Part shown: one piece after another, positions 44,921-54,551 of the stretch
Layout: the number at the start of each line of letters is the position of its first letter
Numbering within the stretch: the stretch's first letter is position 1
NCBI GenBank assembly: GCA_014534345.1
Contig: JACVRR010000001.1
Span: 3,507-67,506, forward strand
DNA from: Thermoleophilia bacterium
GTDB lineage: Bacteria; Actinomycetota; Thermoleophilia; Gaiellales; Gaiellaceae
DNA: 64,000 bases
Direction: 5' to 3'
Position numbers and translations under genes: made by a program
The notes under the pieces: generated by a model
Told to the model about the DNA's origin: nothing
The model's input: the letters and a program-made list of their open reading frames with translations, nothing else
The model's database searches: none

Positions 44921-45610
44921 ATGGCGACCCTGTCGATCCTGATCCCGGTCCACAACGAGGAGCGGACGCTTGCGGACGTGCTCGATGCGGGCGAGGCGCG
45001 GCCCGAGGTCGGCGAACTCGTGATCGTCGACGACGCCTCGACGGACGCAACGGCGGCAATTCTCGCGTCGCGCGAGTTCCGGGTCCCGACGCAGCTGTTC
45101 CGCCACGAGGTGAACCGCGGCAAGGGCGCCGCGCTGAGGACCGCGATCGCGGCCGCGACCGGCGACGTGGCGCTCGTTCAGGACGCCGACCTCGAGTACG
45201 ACCCAGCCGACTACCCGGCGCTGCTCGAGCCGTTCGAGCGGCGTGGGGTGCAGGTGGTGTACGGGACGCGGACGTTCTCGTCGCACACGGCGTACTCGTT
45301 CTGGTTCGTGATCGGCAACCGCCTCGTGAATCTCTGGAACAACCTGCTGTTCAACAGCTACCTCTCCGACCTCGAGACCGGCTACAAGGTCATGCCGGTC
45401 GAGCTGTGGCGGTCGCTCGATCTCCAGTCGGACGGGTTCGAGATCGAGCCGGAGATCACCGCGAAGCTGCTGCGGCGCGGGATTCGGCCGTACGAGGTGC
45501 CGATCTCATATGCAGCGCGGTCACGCGAGGAGGGCAAGAAGCTCACCTGGCAGGATGGCGTCCGCGCCCTGTGGATGCTCACGCGATTGCGGGCCGAGAA
45601 GCGTCGCTGA
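44921..45610 (+). CDS. GT2-family polyprenyl-phosphate glycosyltransferase (Dpm1/GtrB-like)
   Basis: Motifs are LSILIPVHNEE, VIVDDASTD, NRGKGAA and VQDADLEYD, with a short C-terminus that lacks TM helices. Confidence 0.8.
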   Translation: MATLSILIPVHNEERTLADVLDAGEARPEVGELVIVDDASTDATAAILASREFRVPTQLFRHEVNRGKGAALRTAIAAATGDVALVQDADLEYDPADYPALLEPFERRGVQVVYGTRTFSSHTAYSFWFVIGNRLVNLWNNLLFNSYLSDLETGYKVMPVELWRSLDLQSDGFEIEPEITAKLLRRGIRPYEVPISYAARSREEGKKLTWQDGVRALWMLTRLRAEKRR

Positions 45611-45615
45611 TCGCG

Positions 45616-45633
45616 GCGCCCGCGAGCGGGCGC
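45616..45633 (+). terminator. GC-rich hairpin (GCGCCCG-CGAG-CGGGCGC) just after the GT2 stop, with a second hairpin CGAACG-N5-CGTTCG about 10 nt later
   Basis: The inverted repeat is visible between convergent genes. There is no U-tract, as is common in GC-rich actinobacteria. Confidence 0.35.
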
Positions 45634-45725
45634 GGCGCGGCGCGACGAACGGCGCTCGTTCGGACTCTCGTGGGTCGTCTCGCGTACCCGGCCGGCTCGC
45701 TGTCGGCGCCGAGCCCGCCCGCCGG

Positions 45726-46409
45726 CTACCCGCCGGCGACGACGCCCGCCTCGTGCGCGCGCCGGGCGGCCTCCGTCCGGCTCGACACGCCCAGCTTGCG
45801 GAAGATGTTGCGCACGTGGAACTTGACCGTCTGCTCGCTGACCCACAGCTTGAGGGCGATCGCGGCGTTCGAGTCGCCCGCGGCGAGCGCGCGGAGGACG
45901 GCGAGCTCGCGCTCGCTCAGCGCGCCGGCGACGCCTGGGACACCGTCGTCCACGACACGCGTGAAGGCGTCGCGGTCGACCACCTGGCGGATCACCGACG
46001 GCATGTCGATCGGGTTGACGCTCTTGACGACGTAGGCGTCCGCCCCTGCCTCGAGCGCGGCTCGGATCGCGGCCGGGTCGGCGACCGCCGAGAGCATCAC
46101 GACCCGGACACCCGGCCGGCGGCGCTTCAGCTCCGCGACGCACTCCAGCCCGCTGAGGTCGGGCATCCGGAGATCGAGCACGACGACGTCCGGGTCCGTT
46201 CGCTCGGCAACGGCGAGGCCCTCGCGCCCCGATTGCGCCACACCGACGACGGCGAGGTCGGAGGCCCGCGCGAGCGCACGCTCGAGCGCCGCGAGGATCA
46301 GCGGATGATCGTCGACGAGCACGACGCGAAGCACACGCGAGCCCGCCGCGACCGGTGGAGCGGCCGGTGGCACGCCTGCGAGCATCGCAGCGCGCGCGCC
46401 GCGTGACAC
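45726..46409 (-). CDS. NarL/FixJ-type response regulator
   Basis: The REC segment is VVVLDLRMPDLSG and the LuxR HTH is AIALKLWVSEQTVKFHVRNIFRKLG. The true start is probably downstream of 46409. Confidence 0.85.
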   Translation of the reverse strand: MSRGARAAMLAGVPPAAPPVAAGSRVLRVVLVDDHPLILAALERALARASDLAVVGVAQSGREGLAVAERTDPDVVVLDLRMPDLSGLECVAELKRRRPGVRVVMLSAVADPAAIRAALEAGADAYVVKSVNPIDMPSVIRQVVDRDAFTRVVDDGVPGVAGALSERELAVLRALAAGDSNAAIALKLWVSEQTVKFHVRNIFRKLGVSSRTEAARRAHEAGVVAGG

Positions 46410-46527
46410 CCCCCGAAGGACCAGCTCGCCCCGTACCGCGGGTCACGTGAGCCGGCGGCACGCTCCAAGCCGTCGAAGTCGAGCCGCGCCGCCGGCAGCT
46501 CGACGTTCGGCGCGCCGAACGCGGTTC

Positions 46528-46692
46528 CTACTCCTCCTCGCCGTCGCTCGCCTCGCCGAACTCGCGGTCGCAGCACACCGGGCAGAACACCGCAACCTCC
46601 GGCTCGTGGTCGGCGACGACGACGAACGCCTTCCAGCCGTGTGCCTCGACCTCGCCCGTCCCCTCACGTCCGCACTCGTCACAGCGGAGCAT
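46528..46692 (-). CDS. unannotated 54-aa zinc-ribbon protein (CxxC...CxxC) with an acidic tail
   Basis: The translation is MLRCDECGREGTGEVEAHGWKAFVVVADHEPEVAVFCPVCCDREFGEASDGEEE. Third-position GC is high. It is below the ORF-track cutoff and lies between the kinase and the second response regulator. Confidence 0.55.
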   Translation of the reverse strand: MLRCDECGREGTGEVEAHGWKAFVVVADHEPEVAVFCPVCCDREFGEASDGEEE

Positions 46693-46777
46693 CGACTCAG
46701 CGTAGGCCTACCGTTCCCCGGCATTCCAGACCGTGGACCCAACTCCACGCGTGCGGGCGCCGGGACGCCCCTCGCGG

Positions 46778-47530
46778 CTAGACCTCGGCCACCGGCTGCC
46801 ACCGGGGCAGGCGCGCGGAGACGACCGTCGGCCCGCCGGGTCGACTGTCGATCTCGAAGTCGCCGCCGAGCAGCGCGACGCGCTGGCGCATCCCCGCCAG
46901 GCCGAGCCGGCCGTCCGCCGCGGCCGCCTCGAGCGCGTCGTCGACCGAGAACCCGCACCCGTCGTCGTGGACGACCAGCTCCACGCCGCCGGGATCCTCG
47001 GCGACCTCGACCGCCACGGTCGACGCCCCGCCGTGCTCCCGCGCGTTCGTCAGCGACTCCTGCACGATCCGCAGCAGCGCCAGCCGCTGCGACGCGGTCA
47101 GCTGGTCCAACGGGCCGGCCAGCGTCACGGAGGCGGAAACGCCCGAGCGCGCCGCGAACGCGTCGACCTCGGCCCGCATCGCCTCGCGGAACGGCCGCGA
47201 GGCGAGCGAGGTGGACTCGAGCGAGCCGGCCAGCTCGCGCAGCTCGCGCTCGAGGTCGAGCAGCCGCGCCTCGAGGTCGTCCACGCGCCCGAGGAGCAAG
47301 CCGGCATGGCCGCCGGCGAGCACGCCGGCGAGCTGGTCGCGGAACAGGCGCAGGTCGGCGCCGAGCGCGACGACGCTCTGGAGCGCCCCATCGTGGAGGT
47401 CGAACCCGAGCCGCAGCAGGCGCCGCTCGGTCGCGTCGCCGAGGGCGCCTTCCAGCTGGACGGCCGGCGAGCTGGCGGCCCCGCGGGCGCGCGCGCCGGC
47501 ATCCGCCACCCGCGCTCGCCGCACTGTCAC
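46778..47530 (-). CDS. cytoplasmic HisKA_3-type histidine kinase without a sensor or TM domain
   Basis: The H-box FDLHDGALQ starts about 45 aa from the N-terminus, and the HATPase_c motifs are ESLTNAREHG and DDGCGF. A GTGA overlap links it to the upstream response regulator. Confidence 0.8.
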   Translation of the reverse strand: MTVRRARVADAGARARGAASSPAVQLEGALGDATERRLLRLGFDLHDGALQSVVALGADLRLFRDQLAGVLAGGHAGLLLGRVDDLEARLLDLERELRELAGSLESTSLASRPFREAMRAEVDAFAARSGVSASVTLAGPLDQLTASQRLALLRIVQESLTNAREHGGASTVAVEVAEDPGGVELVVHDDGCGFSVDDALEAAAADGRLGLAGMRQRVALLGGDFEIDSRPGGPTVVSARLPRWQPVAEV

Positions 47531-48177
47531 GGCTGCGCCGCCCGCTGCTCGCCGGGCGGGGCGTCGACGAGCCCGTGCCGGTACGCGTAGCGGGCCGCCT
47601 CGGTGCGGTTGGCGAGCTCGAGCTTCCGGTAGATGTTACGGAGGTGGAACTTGACCGTCTGCTCGGTCACCCACAGCTCGCGTGCGATCTCCTTGTTCGA
47701 GAGCCCGCGGGCGAGCGCGCGTAGGACCGCCAGCTCGCGCTCGCTCAGCCCCTCGGCCGCGGTGCGCTCGCTGCTGCGCTCGGGCGCGCCGTGGACCGCG
47801 AACTCGGCGCCTTCCAGGACGGCGTTCACGATGGCCGGCAGGTCGAGCGGCGTGATCGTCTTGACCGCGTACGCCGAGGCCCCCAGCCGACGCGCCTCGT
47901 CGACGGTCTCCGGCTCGGCCCCGGCCGACAGCATCACGACCTTCACCTCGGGGTACTGCTTGCGGATCCGCGCGAGACAGGTCAGCCCGTCGACGTCGGG
48001 CATGCGCACGTCGAGCAGGACGACATCGGGCCGCGTGCGGTTGATCGCCGGCAGCACCTGGCTGCCCGCGCTCGCCTCCCCGACCACCTCCACCTCGTCG
48101 CTCGCCGCCAGCGCGCGCTTGATCCCGGCCAGCATGAGGCGGTGGTCGTCGGCCACCAATACGCGCGCCACCCCCAC
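47527..48177 (-). CDS. NarL/FixJ-type response regulator
   Basis: C-terminal part of ORF 47527..48558, with a GTG at 48177 or 48171. The REC segment is VVLLDVRMPDVDG and the HTH is EIARELWVTEQTVKFHLRNIYRKLE. Confidence 0.85.
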   Translation of the reverse strand: MGVARVLVADDHRLMLAGIKRALAASDEVEVVGEASAGSQVLPAINRTRPDVVLLDVRMPDVDGLTCLARIRKQYPEVKVVMLSAGAEPETVDEARRLGASAYAVKTITPLDLPAIVNAVLEGAEFAVHGAPERSSERTAAEGLSERELAVLRALARGLSNKEIARELWVTEQTVKFHLRNIYRKLELANRTEAARYAYRHGLVDAPPGEQRAAQP

Positions 48178-48325
48178 CTGCGCCCAGTCTACTCCCGTAT
48201 ACGTCGCGGCAAAAAGAACGCTCTCATGGTGAGGGTTCTCCGAGCAGCGCGAATCCCCTGTTGGGATGATTTCGGTTGCGTCGTTTGACCGCGGGGCCAG
48301 CGGAGACAGCCGGAGGAGGTTCGAG

Positions 48326-49551
<1,226 letters not shown>

Positions 49552-49555
<4 letters not shown>

Positions 49556-50862
49556 ACAGGCGTCTGCTGACGCTGCTCGCATTTCTCCTCGCTGTGGCGG
49601 TCGCCGCGTTCGCGGCCGGCTGCGGGGGCGACGACGAGGGGGACGACGGGGACGCCGCCCCGCAGGAGGAGGTGTCCGGCTCGGTCTCGATCATGGGCAT
49701 CTGGGTCGGCGAGGAGCAGAAGTCGTTCCAGGCCGTGATCGACGGCTTCAACGAGCAGCAGCCGAACGTCACGGTCAACTACAACCCGGTCGGCGACAAC
49801 CTGCCGACCGTCCTCTCCACCGCCGTCGAGGGCGGCAACCCGCCGGACATCGCGGCGATCGCGCAGCCCGGCTTGATGCAGCAGTACGTCGAGCAGAACC
49901 GCCTGCAGTCGCTCGACTTCCTCAGGGACACGGCGACCGAGAACTTCGGCGAGTCGGTGGTCGAGACCGGCTCGGTCGAGGACACGTTCTACGGCCTGCT
50001 CTGGAAGACGAACAACAAGTCGACCGTCTGGTACAACGTCTCGGCCTTCGAGCAGGCCGGCGTGGAGCCGCCGGAGAGCTGGGAGGACTTCCTCTCGGGC
50101 GCCGAGACGATCAAGGCGTCCGGCCTCCCCGCGTACTCGATCGCGGGCGCCGACGGATGGACGCTCACCGACCTGTTCGAGAACATCTACGTGCGGACGG
50201 CCGGCGCCGAGAAGTACACCCAGCTCGCCAACCACGAGATCCCGTGGACGGACGAGTCGGTCAAGGAGGCGCTGCGCGAGATGGCGAAGGTCCTGAGTGA
50301 CAGCGACAACATCGCGGGTGGGACGCAGGGAGCGCTGCAGACGGACTTCCCGACCTCGGTCAGCAACGTTTTCACCGACGACCCGCGCGCCGCCCAGGTG
50401 ATCGAGGGCGACTTCGTGCCGGGCGTCGTCGAGACGCAGCTGCAGCCGGGCGAGGGCTACGACTGGTTCAGGTTCCCCTCGATCAACGACTCGCCGGAGG
50501 CGGTCATCGGGTCGGGGAACCTGTTCGTGACCTTCCGTGACACGCCGGCGGTGCGCGCGTTCATGCAGTACCTGACCACGCCCGAGTCGGCGCAGATCTG
50601 GATCGAGCGCGGCGGGTTCGTCTCGCCGAACCGGCAGGTCGAGAGCAGCGCGTACACCGACGAGACCCTGCGCGCGACCTCCGAGGCGCTGGCCGAGGCG
50701 GAGACGTTCCGCTTCGACCTGTCGGACATGGTCCCGGCCGCGTTCGGCGCGACCACCGGGCAGGGACTGTGGAAGCTGCTGCAGGACTTCCTGCGAAACC
50801 CGCAGGACGTGGACGGGATCGCGGAGCAACTGGAGCAGGCGGCCCAGCGGGCGTCGGGCTAG
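49552..50862 (+). CDS. CUT1-family sugar ABC substrate-binding lipoprotein
   Basis: It has a signal peptide with the lipobox AAGCGG and an SBP_bac_1-like sequence. Confidence 0.85.
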
Positions 50863-50868
50863 CGGACG

Positions 50869-52203
50869 GTGGGCTCCGGCGCGTCGATCACCGGGGAGCC
50901 TCCCCGGCAACCGGCGCCCGAGGCGGGCGCATGGAGGAAGCACGCCCTCGCGGCGGGCTTCCTCGCGCCCGCCGCCGTCTTCCTCGCGATCTGGATCGTC
51001 TACCCGACGATCCGCACGATCGTCCGCAGCTTCTTCGACCGCGACGGCGACGAGTTCGTCTGGTTCGACAACTACCAGCGCCTGTTCACCGACGACGTCC
51101 TCCTGACGGCGGTCAAGAACAACGCGATCTGGGTCGCGGTCGTGCCGGCGATGGTGACCGCGATCGGCCTCGTCTTCGCGGTCCTCACCGAGCGCGTGGG
51201 CTGGGCGGTCGCCTTCAAGACCGCCGTGTTCATGCCGATGGCGATCTCCGCCTTCGCCGCCGGCATCACCTGGCGGATCGTCTACATCCAGGAGCCGGAG
51301 CGGGGCGCGCTGAACGCGGCGATCCGGTCCGTCAAGGGGGTGGTGAGCCCGGCGGGCGTCCTCTCGGACGCCGCGCCGTCCACCGACGCGCTCGAGGGGA
51401 CGCCACGCGGAGGGCTCCGCCTCGCGGAGCCCGTGCGGCCCGGCGACGTCGCGCTGCTGGGGCTGACGCGCATCCCGCAGGGCGAGGTTCCCGGCGACGC
51501 TGAGGAGGCGCGCCGCCCGGAGGCCGCTTCGGGCGGGATCACTGGCGTCGTCTGGCGCGACTTCAGGCCGGGAGGCGGCACGCCCGGCGAGGTCGAGAGC
51601 CAGGAGCTCGGGCTCCCCGGCGTCACGGTCGAGCTGCGCGACCCCGGCGGGTCGACGATCGCGACTGCGCAGACGGAGGCCGACGGGACCTTCGTGTTCG
51701 AGGAGCTCGACGACGCGACGTACAACGTCGCCATCGGCGCCGAGACGTTCGCGCAGCCCTTCAACGGCGTCGCCTGGCTCGGTCAGAAGCTCGTGACGCC
51801 GGCGATCATCGCCGCCTACATCTGGATCTGGGCCGGGTTCTCGATGGTCGTGATCGGCGCCGGGCTGTCGGCCATCCCGCGCGACGTGCTGGAGGCGGCG
51901 AGGACGGACGGCGGCACCGAGTGGCAGGTGTTCCGGCGCGTCACCGTGCCGCTGCTCGCGCCCGTGCTCACGGTGGTGTTCATCACGATGCTGATCAACG
52001 TCCTCAAGGTGTTCGACATCGTGCTCGCGATCGCGCCGGGCTCGGTGCAGGCCGACGCGAGCGTGCTCGCGCTCGCCATGTGGCGGAGCGCCTTCAGCGG
52101 GGTGAACGACTTCGGCGTCGGCTCGGCGATCGCGGTGTTCATCTTCGTGCTCGTGATCCCGATCCTGCTGCTCAACATCCGCCGCTTCCGGAGGGAGGCC
52201 TGA
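50869..52203 (+). CDS. sugar ABC permease (MalF-like) with a ~160-aa extracytoplasmic insertion containing a Cna-B/SdrD-B-like domain
   Basis: The EAA-type core is AARTDGGTEWQVFRRVTVPLLAP. The insertion GVVWRDFRPGGG...LPGVTVELRDPGGSTIATAQTEADGTFVFEELDDATYNV is encoded at about 51535-51750. Confidence 0.8.
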   Translation: MGSGASITGEPPRQPAPEAGAWRKHALAAGFLAPAAVFLAIWIVYPTIRTIVRSFFDRDGDEFVWFDNYQRLFTDDVLLTAVKNNAIWVAVVPAMVTAIGLVFAVLTERVGWAVAFKTAVFMPMAISAFAAGITWRIVYIQEPERGALNAAIRSVKGVVSPAGVLSDAAPSTDALEGTPRGGLRLAEPVRPGDVALLGLTRIPQGEVPGDAEEARRPEAASGGITGVVWRDFRPGGGTPGEVESQELGLPGVTVELRDPGGSTIATAQTEADGTFVFEELDDATYNVAIGAETFAQPFNGVAWLGQKLVTPAIIAAYIWIWAGFSMVVIGAGLSAIPRDVLEAARTDGGTEWQVFRRVTVPLLAPVLTVVFITMLINVLKVFDIVLAIAPGSVQADASVLALAMWRSAFSGVNDFGVGSAIAVFIFVLVIPILLLNIRRFRREA

Positions 52204-53123
52204 TGGCGACCGCGCAGCCCGCGGCCCTGGAGCGGCCGGTCACCCGGCGGGACCCGCTCGCGGCGCGGATCCTGCGCGCGGTCGGCAAGGCGCCCGTCCA
52301 CCTCGTGCTGGTGTTCGTCGGGATCCTGTGGCTCGTCCCGACGCTCGGCCTGCTGCTCACCTCGCTACTTGCACCCGAGGACTTCCAGGACCGCGGGTGG
52401 TGGCAGCTCTTCTCCGAGCCGGCGAGGCTGACGTTCGAGAACTACGACGCGGTGCTCACGAACGAGACGATCACCTCCTCGCTCTGGACGACCGCGGTGA
52501 TCGCGGTCGGCGGGACGATCATCCCGATCTTCGTCGCCGCGCTCGCCGGTTACGCGTTCGCGTGGCTCGACTTCCCCGGCCGCGACTGGCTGTTCATCCT
52601 CGTGATCGCGCTGCTCGTGGTGCCGCTGCAGATGGCGCTGATCCCGATGTTCGAGTTCTACAACTCGCTCGGCGACATCCCCCTGCTCGGCAGCCTCGCC
52701 GGCTTCGACACGGTCGGATCGCTGATCCTCTTCCACACCGCCTTCGGGTTGCCGTTCGCGATCTTCCTGCTGCGCAACTTCTTCATCGGGATCCCGAAGG
52801 ACATCCTCGAGTCGGCGCGGATCGACGGCGCGTCGGAGATGCGCATCTTCCTGCGGCTGATCCTCCCGCTGGGACTGCCCGCGATCGCCTCGCTGGCGAT
52901 CTTCCAGTTCCTGTGGACGTGGAACGACCTGCTGGTCGCGCTCACCTTCGGCCGCGAGACGCAGCCGATCACGGTGGCGATCTTCTCGCAGTTGCGCGCG
53001 TTCGGCGCGAACATCGAGCTGATCGCGCCGGCGACCTTCGTCTCCCTGGCCATCCCGCTGGTCGTCTTCTTCGCCTTCCAGCGCTACTTCGTGCAGGGGC
53101 TGCTCGCGGGCTCGGTGAAGTGA
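52203..53123 (+). CDS. sugar ABC permease (MalG-like)
   Basis: ATG at 52203 within ORF 51921..53123. The EAA motif is ESARIDGASEMRIFLRLILPL. Confidence 0.85.
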   Translation: MATAQPAALERPVTRRDPLAARILRAVGKAPVHLVLVFVGILWLVPTLGLLLTSLLAPEDFQDRGWWQLFSEPARLTFENYDAVLTNETITSSLWTTAVIAVGGTIIPIFVAALAGYAFAWLDFPGRDWLFILVIALLVVPLQMALIPMFEFYNSLGDIPLLGSLAGFDTVGSLILFHTAFGLPFAIFLLRNFFIGIPKDILESARIDGASEMRIFLRLILPLGLPAIASLAIFQFLWTWNDLLVALTFGRETQPITVAIFSQLRAFGANIELIAPATFVSLAIPLVVFFAFQRYFVQGLLAGSVK

Positions 53124-54523
53124 CCGCCACCGCCGCCGGCGTGCGGCGCGCGGGGGCCCGGCCGGCCACCCGGCGCCGCGAGCGGCTGGAGGCGCTCGTG
53201 CGCGAGCGCCGCCTGCTCAACCTGTTCTTCTTCGCCACGGTCGCGGTCATGGCCGCGCACGAGGCGGAGCACATCGCCCAGGTGATGGAGAAGGACGCGC
53301 TCGGGAACGCCTGCCCGACCGACTGCCGGGGGCTGCTCGGGTTCCTGTTCGACGTCGAGTGGATCCACTTCCTCTACAACACCGGGCTCTTCCTCGCGCT
53401 CGCCGCGCTGTTCGTCGCCTACCGGATGTGGGAACCGGCGTGGCGCCGCGCCGCGCCCGCGGCCTGGGCGGGCTTCGTCTTCGGCGTGTTCGCGATCCAG
53501 GGCTACCACGTCGTCGAGCACGTCGTGAAGCTCGAGCAGTGGTTCGCGAACGGGCGGATGTCGCCCACGCCGGGGATCGCCGGACAGGGGCTCGGGCCGC
53601 CGCTCGGGCGTGACCTGAGCCTGATCGAGCTCCACTTCGCGCTCAACACTGCGGTGTTCGTCGCGGTCGTTGTCGCGTACTTCGGCTTCGGCCTCCACCG
53701 GCACGTGCTCCCCGGCCGGCCGCGCCTGGCCGCCCTGCCGGCCGCCACCGTCGCCGTGCTCCTGCTCTTCCCCGTGGGCGCCACCTGGGCGCTCGCGCCC
53801 CCGACCATCCGGCTCGAGGCCGGGGTGCACCGGGGCCCACTGCTCCTCGACCGGGCGCAGAAGCTGGTCGGCGAGCCGGGCGCTGTCGTCCGCGGCGGCA
53901 TCCGGATCACCGCCGACGCCGTCGTCGTGCAGGGCGTGCGCGTGGTCGGAGGCGAGAACGGGATCGAGGTCGACGGCGCGCGGGACGTCGTCCTCCGCGA
54001 CGTCGAGGTCACGGGCGCGGAGCTCGACGGGATCAGCGTCCGGCGCGCGACCGTGGCGGTCGACGGCTGCCGCGTCTCCTCGCCGGCGACGCGCTACGGC
54101 CAGGGAGTCGACATCTCGTTCGCGATCGATCTCGGCCCGAGCCTCGTCCGCGGCTGCACCATCGTGGGCGGCCAGGAGGGGCTCGTCACCCACTCGGCCA
54201 AGGTTCGCTTCGCCGGCAACCGGGTGGCGCGGACGACGCTGCGCGGGATCACGGTCACGGAGATGGCGATGGGGACGGTCGAGCGCAACGTCGTCAGCGG
54301 CGCGCTCGGCGTCGGGATCTTCTGCGGCGACTACTCGGTGTGCGACATCCGCCGCAACACCGTCACCGGCACGCTCGCCGACCGCGGCTCCGACGACGGC
54401 TTCCGCGCCGGCTACGCGATCCAGTCGCACTTCGGGGCGACGGCCCGCGTCCGCGACAATCGCCTGGCCGGGAACGACCGCGGGGTCGTCGCGGTGGCCG
54501 ACGCGCGGCTCGTGCGCGGCTAG
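53120..54523 (+). CDS. fusion of a His-box-rich 4-5 TM domain and a right-handed parallel beta-helix (PbH1/NosD-like) domain
   Basis: The GTG at 53120 overlaps the permease stop (GTGA). The membrane part has HEAEH, WIHF, YHVVEH, ELHF and LHRH. The C-terminus has repeated G-I/V-x-V rungs (GIEVDGARDVVL, GISVRRATV, GITVTEMAMG, GVGIFCGDYS). Confidence 0.6.
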   Translation: MTATAAGVRRAGARPATRRRERLEALVRERRLLNLFFFATVAVMAAHEAEHIAQVMEKDALGNACPTDCRGLLGFLFDVEWIHFLYNTGLFLALAALFVAYRMWEPAWRRAAPAAWAGFVFGVFAIQGYHVVEHVVKLEQWFANGRMSPTPGIAGQGLGPPLGRDLSLIELHFALNTAVFVAVVVAYFGFGLHRHVLPGRPRLAALPAATVAVLLLFPVGATWALAPPTIRLEAGVHRGPLLLDRAQKLVGEPGAVVRGGIRITADAVVVQGVRVVGGENGIEVDGARDVVLRDVEVTGAELDGISVRRATVAVDGCRVSSPATRYGQGVDISFAIDLGPSLVRGCTIVGGQEGLVTHSAKVRFAGNRVARTTLRGITVTEMAMGTVERNVVSGALGVGIFCGDYSVCDIRRNTVTGTLADRGSDDGFRAGYAIQSHFGATARVRDNRLAGNDRGVVAVADARLVRG

Positions 54524-54551
54524 CGCGCCGGGGCCGGGGTACGGTGGCGCG

